A DNA stretch of 64,000 nucleotides, taken from contig JAZDOG010000020.1 in the NCBI GenBank assembly GCA_043798915.1, positions 48,520 through 112,519 on the forward strand, given 5' to 3'. Source of the stretch: Pseudomonadota bacterium (GTDB taxonomy: Bacteria; UBA10199; 2-02-FULL-44-16; JAAZCA01). Below are positions 36,316 through 44,262 of the stretch, piece after piece; positions within the stretch are counted from its first letter, which is position 1, and the number at the start of each line of letters is the position of its first letter. A program made the translations under genes and the position numbers. The notes under the pieces were generated by a model. The model was given only the letters and a program-made list of their open reading frames with translations, was not told the DNA's origin and searched no databases.

Positions 36316-37377
36316 ATGAATCTTACGGTCAAGGAACTTCCCGCCGGGACATCCAGGAAGAAGAATCCCGAAAACCTCAAATTCGGCGAGCTCTTTACAG
36401 ACAGGATGTTCCTGATGCAATACGATTCCGGCGCCGGCTGGAGCGGCGCGAGGATCGAGGAGTTCCATAATTTTTCGCTCTCCCCCGCGACGATGTCGTT
36501 TCACTATGCGCAGGAGATCTTCGAGGGGATGAAGGCGTACAGGTTCAAGGACGGGAAGACGGCGATATTCAGGCCGATGGAGAACTTCAACAGGATGAAC
36601 GCCTCGGCGGAGCTTCTGGGCATGCCTGGCTTCGACAGCGAATTCGTCCTCGGCGCGCTCCGGAAGCTCATCCGGCTCGAAGAGGGCTGGGTCCCGACCC
36701 AGCGCGGAACATCGTTGTATATACGACCCGTGATGATCGGCGTCGATCCCGTGATAAAGGTCCGTTCCTCCGATTCGTTCCTGTTCTACATCATACTCTC
36801 GCCGGTCGGGCCGTATTTCAGCGCAGACAGGACGATGTCGAGGATCATGGTCGAGGACAGATACGTCCGAGCGGTCAGGGGCGGGATCGGCTGTGCGAAG
36901 ACGGGCGGCAACTATGCGGCTTCGATCCGCGCCGGGATGGAGGCCGCGAAGAAGGGATACGATCAGGTCCTCTGGCTCGACGGCGTCGAGAGGAAATACG
37001 TCGAGGAGATAGGCTCGATGAACATCTTCTTCGTGATCGACGGCGTGATCACGACGCCGGCGCTGAACGGCTCGATACTGCCCGGGATAACGAGGAAATC
37101 GGTCCTGGAGCTTGCAGCGAAGCTGGGCTACAAAACCAGCGAGCGAAACGTGGAGATCGGAGAGGTGATGTCGGGGCTCGCCGCCGGGCGCGTGAGCGAG
37201 ATGTTCGGGACCGGCACGGCATGCGTGATAAATCCTGTCAGCACCATTTGTCACAAAGGCAAAGATTATACGGTGACGGATGAGCCCGGAAAGTATTCCA
37301 GTATCCTGCACGAATACCTCACCGGCATCCAGCATGGGGATAAGGAAGATATCTTCAACTGGATGATGATCGTCTAG
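36316..37377 (+). CDS. ilvE: Branched-chain amino acid aminotransferase
   Basis: FHYAQEIFEGMKAY, SLYIRP, AKTGGNYA, EEIGSMN, ILPGITR, GTGTA. Confidence 0.95.
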   Translation: MNLTVKELPAGTSRKKNPENLKFGELFTDRMFLMQYDSGAGWSGARIEEFHNFSLSPATMSFHYAQEIFEGMKAYRFKDGKTAIFRPMENFNRMNASAELLGMPGFDSEFVLGALRKLIRLEEGWVPTQRGTSLYIRPVMIGVDPVIKVRSSDSFLFYIILSPVGPYFSADRTMSRIMVEDRYVRAVRGGIGCAKTGGNYAASIRAGMEAAKKGYDQVLWLDGVERKYVEEIGSMNIFFVIDGVITTPALNGSILPGITRKSVLELAAKLGYKTSERNVEIGEVMSGLAAGRVSEMFGTGTACVINPVSTICHKGKDYTVTDEPGKYSSILHEYLTGIQHGDKEDIFNWMMIV

Positions 37378-37378
37378 T

Positions 37379-37501
37379 GCAGCGTCAAATAAATTCTTTT
37401 ATACTGCGTTGCCCTCCTCGCGAGACCCTCAACGTACACCCAAGTACGCCTCGGGCCTCACTCGTCGGGCGCCTTGTCTAAAAGAATTTCTTTGACGCTG
37501 C
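37379..37501. mobile_element. MITE-like palindromic element (123 bp)
   Basis: 26-bp terminal inverted repeats GCAGCGTCAAATAAATTCTTTTATAC / GTCTAAAAGAATTTCTTTGACGCTGC (2 mismatches); internal CGTAC-N6-GTACG hairpin. Confidence 0.65.
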
Positions 37502-37663
37502 TATCATGGATTAAATTTACAGCACACTAGCAGGCTGTTTGTTGCCCGGATGCATAATCGCAAAAACCCCTTGCCCGGCACCATCCAGCGATGTACATCC
37601 CTGTCGTTTTGAGATGCTGCGATTTGATAATATCACGCCAGAGGCTCTAAGAAAGGGTTCGCT

Positions 37664-38962
37664 ATGGAGAAGGGTTTTGATCTGGGACAGGCGATAGCGG
37701 AGGCGAACCGCTGCCTGCTCTGCCACGACGCCCCGTGTTCCAGGGGCTGCCCATGCGGGACCGATCCTGCGGCCTTTATAAGGAAGCTCAGATTCAGAAA
37801 CATCAAGGGGGCAATTCGCACGATCAAACGGAACAACATCCTCGGCGGCGCTTGCGGAGTCCTGTGCCCGAGCGCACGCCTTTGTGAGAAGGAGTGCAGC
37901 GCGGCGGGGCTCGACAGGCCGATACGGATATCCAGGCTGCAGAGGTTTCTCGTCGAGCATTCATGGAAGATCGGGTTCGACGCCTTTGAGAAGCAGGCGC
38001 CCGTGAAGGCCAGGGTCGCGGTCGTGGGTGCAGGACCTGCCGGGATCAGCTGCGCTGCGGGGCTTGCGAAGGCTGGTTTCAAGGCGACGGTTTTTGAGGA
38101 GAAGGCAGAGGCAGGGGGCGTCCTCCGCTACGGCGTTCCCGCCCACCGGTTTTCGAAGGATTTTCTGAAGAGGGAATTGCACGACCTCAAGGTTCTGGGC
38201 GTCAAATTCCGATGTTCCTCCCCCGTCCGCGGAAAGGGGGCGATCGCCAGACTCCTCAACCGCGGTTACAAGGCGGTCTTCATAGCGACCGGCCTTTGGC
38301 AGCCGGTCAGGCTGAAAGGCTCAGATGGCAAAATGAAAGGCGTCTTTGACTCGGTGGAATTCCTTGAAGCGATAAACGGCTCGCGGCTGACGAAGTTGAG
38401 GTCCGCGATCAAGGGTAAGGTCGTGGCGGTGATCGGAGGCGGTTCGGTCGCCATCGACTGCGCAGAATCCGCGCTGCTGCTCGGGGCGCGCGATGTGTAT
38501 CTCGTATATCGCAGATCGTACAGCCAGATGCCGGCCGAGGAGAATGAGAGGATCCGCACCTTGGGTTCCGGAGTCCATTTTCTGCTCCTCAATCAGCCGG
38601 CCGGTTACACAGTCGGAAAAAAGGGAGAGCTGTCGGGCGTGAGGCTTTTGAGGACGAGGCTTGGCAAGATGGATGCCTCCGGCAGGAGACGGCCTGAGCT
38701 GATACCCGGGTCGGAGTGGACGCTTGGCGCGGGTGCGGTGATCGAAGCGATCGGCAATCAGGCGTTCGATGGTTCTCCAGTATTGTACCCTGATGTCCGG
38801 GTGTCGAAAGACAGGCTCATCATCGCAGATGCGAAGACCGGGAAGACATCCGCGAAGGCGATATTTGCCGGCGGAGATATCGTCAGGGGGCCTGGCTTGG
38901 TAGCGGAGGCGGTAGGCGACGGGAAGATCGCCGCGGCGGCGATCGAGGAGGCACTCTCATGA
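37664..38962 (+). CDS. preT: Dihydropyrimidine dehydrogenase subunit PreT (GltD-like)
   Basis: EANRCLLCHDAPCSRGCP, VCPS-type VLCPSARLCE, VVGAGPAG, IGGGSVAIDCA, FAGGDI; overlaps preA. Confidence 0.8.
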   Translation: MEKGFDLGQAIAEANRCLLCHDAPCSRGCPCGTDPAAFIRKLRFRNIKGAIRTIKRNNILGGACGVLCPSARLCEKECSAAGLDRPIRISRLQRFLVEHSWKIGFDAFEKQAPVKARVAVVGAGPAGISCAAGLAKAGFKATVFEEKAEAGGVLRYGVPAHRFSKDFLKRELHDLKVLGVKFRCSSPVRGKGAIARLLNRGYKAVFIATGLWQPVRLKGSDGKMKGVFDSVEFLEAINGSRLTKLRSAIKGKVVAVIGGGSVAIDCAESALLLGARDVYLVYRRSYSQMPAEENERIRTLGSGVHFLLLNQPAGYTVGKKGELSGVRLLRTRLGKMDASGRRRPELIPGSEWTLGAGAVIEAIGNQAFDGSPVLYPDVRVSKDRLIIADAKTGKTSAKAIFAGGDIVRGPGLVAEAVGDGKIAAAAIEEALS

Positions 38963-40200
38963 AAAGGCACCCCGATCTGTCCGTGAATTTCTGCGGTGTC
39001 AGGTTCAAGAATCCATTCATGCTCTCTTCATCCCCCGTCTCCAATACGGCCGAGATGGTGGGGAGGGCGTTCGACGCCGGGTGGGCCGGAGTCGCTTACA
39101 AGACGCTGACGACCGGGCCGACCAAAATCATCCATCCATCGCCCAGGATGCATGGCTACAATTACGGAGACAAGAGGCTCATCGGCCTGCAGAACGTCGA
39201 ACAGCCATCCGACCGCGCTCTGAAGGAGAACCTGGCGGATCTCGCGCTTCTGAAAAAACGCTGGCCGGATCATGTGCTGATGGCGAACATCATGGGGTTC
39301 TCGACCGGGGAATGGGTCGAACTCGCCAAGGCGTGCACCGGCGCCGGCGCGGACATGCTCGAACTCAACTTCTCGTGTCCGCACATGACCGTCGAGGGCT
39401 CCGGCTACAAAGTCGGCCAGGCGTTCGAGCTGTTGTGCCGTTTCACCGAGGTGGTGCGCAAAGCCACGAGCATCCCGATCGTCGCCAAGATGACGCCGAA
39501 TATCACGGACATGACGGTGGCGGCGATGTATGCCAAAAAGGGCGGGGCTGACGGGATATCCGCCATCAACACGGTCAGGGGAATATCCGAGATCGGCCTC
39601 GGTGATCATATACCGATGCCAAACGTCGCAGGCAAGGGCGCGATCAGCGGATACTCCGGACCCGCGTGCAAACCTATAGGGCTTCGTTTCATCGCCGAGC
39701 TGGCGCAGGATGGGGAACTCAATCTGCCATTGTCCGGAGTCGGCGGCGTTGAAACGTGGGTCGATGCCCTGGAATATATCCTGGTCGGCGCGACGACGGT
39801 CCAGGTGACGACCGGCATCATCCACTACGGATACCGCATCGTGGAGGACATGATCGAAGGCATGTCGGATTACATGGATGGCAAGGGGATTGGGAAAGTA
39901 TCCGATCTGATAGGCATGGCGCTTCCGAATCTCTGCAACACGGGCGACTTCGACTTGAGCCGGAAGGGAGCCGCAAAATACGATATGGAAAAATGTATCG
40001 GTTGCGGGCAGTGCTATACAGTCTGCAGGGACGCCGGCGGACAAGTCCTCGGATGGGATGCGAAGAAGAGGTGGCCGGTGACGGATGACGAGAAATGTTT
40101 GAGCTGCATGATCTGCAGCTTCGTCTGTCCTGTGGATGGGATGATCGAGTTCAAACCTCATCAGGCGAACCCCATCAGACGGAGCGGATTTGGGGAATAA
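38959..40200 (+). CDS. preA: Dihydropyrimidine dehydrogenase subunit PreA
   Basis: NPFMLSSSP, ELNFSCPH, KMTPNIT, SAINT, GYSGPACKPIGL; C-terminal CIGCGQC and CLSCMICSFVCP. Confidence 0.92.
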   Translation: MKRHPDLSVNFCGVRFKNPFMLSSSPVSNTAEMVGRAFDAGWAGVAYKTLTTGPTKIIHPSPRMHGYNYGDKRLIGLQNVEQPSDRALKENLADLALLKKRWPDHVLMANIMGFSTGEWVELAKACTGAGADMLELNFSCPHMTVEGSGYKVGQAFELLCRFTEVVRKATSIPIVAKMTPNITDMTVAAMYAKKGGADGISAINTVRGISEIGLGDHIPMPNVAGKGAISGYSGPACKPIGLRFIAELAQDGELNLPLSGVGGVETWVDALEYILVGATTVQVTTGIIHYGYRIVEDMIEGMSDYMDGKGIGKVSDLIGMALPNLCNTGDFDLSRKGAAKYDMEKCIGCGQCYTVCRDAGGQVLGWDAKKRWPVTDDEKCLSCMICSFVCPVDGMIEFKPHQANPIRRSGFGE

Positions 40201-40264
40201 TGCAGAATGAACAGCTGGTGCCCACGACGATGCCTAAACCCTGGCGCCCAACCGCAAAAAACCC

Positions 40265-40296
40265 CTTGTCCTTCGCCCCCAGCCACCATATATACT
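40265..40296 (+). promoter_or_regulatory. Promoter-like repeat, copy B
   Basis: CTTGTCCTTCGCCCCCAGCCACCATATATACT upstream of the ATPase gene. Confidence 0.6.
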
Positions 40297-40338
40297 ATTA
40301 TTATTTTGAGACAGTTCCTATTGTATAGGAGATTCACA

Positions 40339-41358
40339 ATGAGTTTAACTAAATTGAATTGCGAAAAGTTTACTGCTTTTGAAAAGCTCACGCTGGACTT
40401 CTCGCCCGGCATCAATGTCTTTGTTGGCGCAAACGGAACCGGCAAGACGCATTTGATGAAGATTGCGTATGCCGCTTGCGACATCACAAAGACAAAGATA
40501 GATTTTGCCGAGAAACTCTCTCGTGTATTCTTGCCTTCAGGTCGGGCGCTCGGGCGGTTGGTAAAGCGGCACAAGGCGAGTTCGCGTGGAATGGTGGAAA
40601 TTCATCGTGTCGACTCCAAATTGCGGGTTTCGTTTTCAAATCATGCCGAAAAGGCCGATTCGGCGACAGTGACCGGTAAAACGGAATGGATGTCGAGACC
40701 GATGGAAAGCGTTTACATTCCCGTCAAAGAGATGTTGTCCAATGCTCCGGGATTTCGTTCGCTCTACAACCAGCGCGAGATTCATTTTGAAGAGATATAC
40801 GCGGACATTCTCGACCGTGCGGACCGCCCTCCCTTGCGCGGGCCGGTGGACAGGGCCAGAAAAGATCTTCTCTCCAAGTTGCAGAAGGAAATTGATGGGA
40901 AAGTTGTGGTCAAGGAGGAGGAGTTCTTCCTGAACAACAGGCAAGGTAATCTGGAGTTCACCCTGCTGGCGGAAGGAATGCGGAAACTCGGTTTGCTCTG
41001 GCTTCTCATTCAGAACGGAACCTTGCTGGACGGCTCGGTGCTGTTTTGGGACGAACCGGAAACAAACCTCAATCCCAAGATGTTTGGCGTGCTTATGGAA
41101 ATTATCCTACAATTGCAGCGGTCGGGCATACAGGTGTTCATGGCAACCCATGATTATGTAATTCTCAAGGAACTTGACCTTAGGAAAAAGGAAGCGGACA
41201 AGATTGTTTATCACTCCTTGTATGGCGATGACACCGGACAGATTAAGTGTCAAACGGCCACCCGATACCTTGATATTCATCCGAACGCTATCGCGCAGAC
41301 CTTCGCTGATCTTTACGACCGGGAAGTGAAACGGACGATGGGAGGGAGTGCGCAATGA
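40339..41358 (+). CDS. Soluble ABC-type (AAA_15/AAA_21-like) ATPase, candidate defence component
   Basis: AGGAG RBS; INVFVGANGTGKT, LAEG signature, VLFWDEPETNLNP, MATHD; no TM segments. Confidence 0.85.
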   Translation: MSLTKLNCEKFTAFEKLTLDFSPGINVFVGANGTGKTHLMKIAYAACDITKTKIDFAEKLSRVFLPSGRALGRLVKRHKASSRGMVEIHRVDSKLRVSFSNHAEKADSATVTGKTEWMSRPMESVYIPVKEMLSNAPGFRSLYNQREIHFEEIYADILDRADRPPLRGPVDRARKDLLSKLQKEIDGKVVVKEEEFFLNNRQGNLEFTLLAEGMRKLGLLWLLIQNGTLLDGSVLFWDEPETNLNPKMFGVLMEIILQLQRSGIQVFMATHDYVILKELDLRKKEADKIVYHSLYGDDTGQIKCQTATRYLDIHPNAIAQTFADLYDREVKRTMGGSAQ

Positions 41359-41864
41359 CCACGACGATCACCGAAGGCGATCTCCAAATACTGTTTCCAA
41401 CCGGGGTCAGCGCTCGGAAGTTCGACGATGACCATCACGGCCTTGCCCATTGCATGAAGGCGGTAGACTTCATTGTGGAGCTCAATGACCGTTATCTTTT
41501 CATTGAGTTTAAAGACCCACAGCACCCGAACGGTCGGCAAAAGGATCGGGACAAGTTCATCCAGGAGTTTCTCGCAGGAAAAATCGACGAAGATTTCAAA
41601 TACAAGTACCGTGATTCATTCCTTTACGAATGGGCTTTGGAGCGGGCCAACAAGCCCATTTACTACTATGTTTTGGTGGCCATGGACACGTTGACCGACG
41701 CCGACTTGATGGCTCGCACAGACGACCTGAAACGAAAGCTGCCGCTCGAAGGCCCACCGTCAGGCGCATGGAAACGAAGAGTCGTGGCTGGTTGTGCCGT
41801 CTTCAATATGGCCACATGGAACAAGCATTTGTCGTCGTATCCGGTCTCACGAATGTCGCTTTGA
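41355..41864 (+). CDS. Hypothetical protein, putative PD-(D/E)XK nuclease fold
   Basis: KAVDFIVELNDRYLFIEFKD (D...ExK); ATGA overlap with the ATPase stop. Confidence 0.65.
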   Translation: MTTTITEGDLQILFPTGVSARKFDDDHHGLAHCMKAVDFIVELNDRYLFIEFKDPQHPNGRQKDRDKFIQEFLAGKIDEDFKYKYRDSFLYEWALERANKPIYYYVLVAMDTLTDADLMARTDDLKRKLPLEGPPSGAWKRRVVAGCAVFNMATWNKHLSSYPVSRMSL

Positions 41865-41947
41865 GTGAGTAACCCTGAACATCGGGACCGATGTGGATGC
41901 AAATTCGCAAATTCGGGAAAATTCGGGGGACACGACACCTATAGAAA

Positions 41948-42099
41948 TTCGCAAAAGTAACGGATAGGGGGCGTCGAGCGGCCTCTTGAGGCGCCGAAAT
42001 CAGAAGCCGTAAAGGCTCGGCGCCGAAAGGGCAGGCGGTGAGCTGGCGTCTGAGGCGAGCCGCCGAAGCGAGATGCCCCTTGTCCGTTACTTTTGCGAA
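41948..42099. mobile_element. MITE-like element (152 bp)
   Basis: TIR TTCGCAAAAGTAACGGA / TCCGTTACTTTTGCGAA (17 bp perfect, 28 bp with 3 mismatches); GC-rich interior without a credible ORF. Confidence 0.65.
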
Positions 42100-42128
42100 G
42101 CTCAATAACTCCCTCCCCAATTATCTCC

Positions 42129-42677
42129 TTATGCCTTCTTGACTATCTTAAAGGACCTCTCCTCGAGGACTTCGCCGCTGGTCGTGATGATCTTCACACG
42201 AAGGTCGGAGTGATTCGCATCGATCACCGCGAACGTCGGCGGCATTCCCCTGTCCTCCTCCGCCTTGAGGTGCCCCGGGTTCACGATGATCAGGCCGTCG
42301 GCCGCCTCCTCGACCCGGCAGCGATGGGTGTGGCCGTGGAGGAGGACGTCCGCGCCGTAGCGGCTGTGCGCTAAGCCGGGGTCCGGGTCACCCCGGCTGT
42401 CATGCGGATCGCGGCTCGGCGTGTGGCTTATGAAAAAAGTGATGCCGCCGAAATCCTCTATGCGGCGGTGCGCGATCGCAGGCACCTTCCATGCAACCTC
42501 GAAGAGGCCGGGCACCGCCACCAGGGTGCGGCCGTGCGCATTCAGCTGCATCGTATCGGCATAGTCATCGCCCAGATGGACAATCGCCTCCACGCCATGC
42601 TCGCCCACCATGGCATCCGCAACCCGCTGCATTGCATCCAGCCTTCCGTGCGTGTCGCTCATCACACCGATGCGCAT
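42129..42677 (-). CDS. YfcE/Vps29-like metallophosphoesterase
   Basis: MSDTHG, HLGDD, SH, HGHTH, VNPG. Confidence 0.88.
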   Translation of the reverse strand: MRIGVMSDTHGRLDAMQRVADAMVGEHGVEAIVHLGDDYADTMQLNAHGRTLVAVPGLFEVAWKVPAIAHRRIEDFGGITFFISHTPSRDPHDSRGDPDPGLAHSRYGADVLLHGHTHRCRVEEAADGLIIVNPGHLKAEEDRGMPPTFAVIDANHSDLRVKIITTSGEVLEERSFKIVKKA

Positions 42678-42724
42678 AGATGCCTCCTTGGGAAATAAAC
42701 GGCTTCAAGCCAATACGCATGGCG

Positions 42725-43327
42725 TCATGCGGTTTGACGCGGTGCGCAGGGGGCAAAGACCAGGAGACAGCGCTCCTCGCCCCCTCGGAGCCGATAGGGG
42801 TGAGTGCCATCCAGGGCTATTGTGTTTGTAGCGATTCTTGGAGCGGCGGCCTCGAGCTCCTCGTGCCATTGTTTTCCCTTCATCGCGATGCATCGCCCTC
42901 CGTCGGCGATGTAGGGCAGCGCGATCTTCAGAAATTTGGCGAGATCCCATGTCGCCCGGGAGACGACGAGGTCGAAGCGGCCGAGCGCGGCGACAACGGA
43001 CTTGTCTTCCGCGCGTCCCCTGACGGCGCGGATGCCTGTAAGGCCGAGCCTCCTGATCGCCTCGTCGCAGAACGACACCTTCTTGCGGGTGGAGTCCAGA
43101 AGGGTCACTTCGATGTCCGGCCTTGCGATCTTCAAGATGATGCCGGGTATCCCCGCGCCGGTTCCGATGTCCAGGAGCGTTTTCGCGGCGCCCAGATGGG
43201 GGAGGATGGGCAAGGCATCTTCCAGGTGCTTGTCGCGGAAGGCCTCCCAGCCCTCGATCGCCGTCAGGTTGATCTTGCGGTTCCACTGTTCGAGGATCTC
43301 AAAATATTGGCGGATGAGATCTTTCAT
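42725..43327 (-). CDS. rsmG: 16S rRNA m7G527 methyltransferase
   Basis: WNRKINLTAI, HLED, LDIGTGAGIPG, LLDSTRKK, RAE, VSRA, MKG. Confidence 0.92.
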   Translation of the reverse strand: MKDLIRQYFEILEQWNRKINLTAIEGWEAFRDKHLEDALPILPHLGAAKTLLDIGTGAGIPGIILKIARPDIEVTLLDSTRKKVSFCDEAIRRLGLTGIRAVRGRAEDKSVVAALGRFDLVVSRATWDLAKFLKIALPYIADGGRCIAMKGKQWHEELEAAAPRIATNTIALDGTHPYRLRGGEERCLLVFAPCAPRQTA

Positions 43328-43329
43328 CG

Positions 43330-44175
43330 TCAGAGGGTAAACGAGAGGCCTTCCTTTGCGAGCTCCACAGCGAGCGCCGGCTGCGATCTGCGCGCGATGG
43401 CGCGGGCCTTCTTCAATACGCGACCCAGATGCCGGTCGTCATCGCCGGGATCGAAATGGAAAAGGAAGAGCTTCTTCACGCCGGCCTCTTTTGCGAGCTC
43501 GATCGGATAGGTGAACGGGCTGTGCCCCCAGCCGCGGTGGCAGGGATAGGTTTCCGGGCTGTATTGCGCATCGTGGATGAGGATGTCCGCGCCGTCGATC
43601 CATTCGATGGTGCGGCGAAGCTCCGGGCCCTTCACCGGCTCGTTGTCGGTGACGTACACGAGCGATCTGCCGTCCTTGAAGGAGAATCGCCATCCGAAAG
43701 AGCCTCCCGGGTGATTGAGGGCCTTCGCATTCACTTCCACGTCGCCGATCCTGAAGCACCCCTCTGGGAGGGTCCTGAATTTGAGCCCGGCGGGAATCAT
43801 TGAGAACGGGACCGGAAAGAACGGTGGGTTCACCACCCGCGACAGGGCGGCGCCGAATCCGAGCCGCCCGCCCTTGGGGCCGGCGATGGTGAAGCGGTTT
43901 TTTTTGCTGTAGAGCGGCTTGAAGAACGGCAGGCCGATGTAGTGGTCCCAGTGGAGGTGCGACAGGAGCAGGTGCGCAGCTATCGGTTTTTCACCGAAGC
44001 GCCGCGCGAGCGAAAGACCCAGGGGCCTGATCCCCGTGCCCGCATCGCAGATGATCAGCGCCTTGCCCGTTTTGATCTCCAGGCAGGCCGTGTTGCCGCC
44101 GACCCTGGCGGTAGAGCGGCCCGGAGTCGCTATAGAGCCGCGCACGCCCCAGAATGTGATCTTCGCGCATGCCAT
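43330..44175 (-). CDS. MBL-fold metallo-hydrolase (phosphodiesterase-like)
   Basis: FWGVRGSIATPG, GGNTAC, DAGTG, SHLHWDH, HPGG, TDNE, HDAQY, GWGHS, LFHFDP. Confidence 0.88.
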   Translation of the reverse strand: MACAKITFWGVRGSIATPGRSTARVGGNTACLEIKTGKALIICDAGTGIRPLGLSLARRFGEKPIAAHLLLSHLHWDHYIGLPFFKPLYSKKNRFTIAGPKGGRLGFGAALSRVVNPPFFPVPFSMIPAGLKFRTLPEGCFRIGDVEVNAKALNHPGGSFGWRFSFKDGRSLVYVTDNEPVKGPELRRTIEWIDGADILIHDAQYSPETYPCHRGWGHSPFTYPIELAKEAGVKKLFLFHFDPGDDDRHLGRVLKKARAIARRSQPALAVELAKEGLSFTL

Positions 44176-44262
44176 GATGCCTGAAAATACCACAATCGAG
44201 AGTGTAGTAAAATGCTAATTCCGTATCGACATCGCGTCCCGGTATCATTATATTGCATGCCC

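Noticed and set aside
34105..42099. Integron cassette array or prophage
   Set aside because: No integrase, no attC-like RYYYAAC...GTTRRRY palindromes after the genes, no phage genes.
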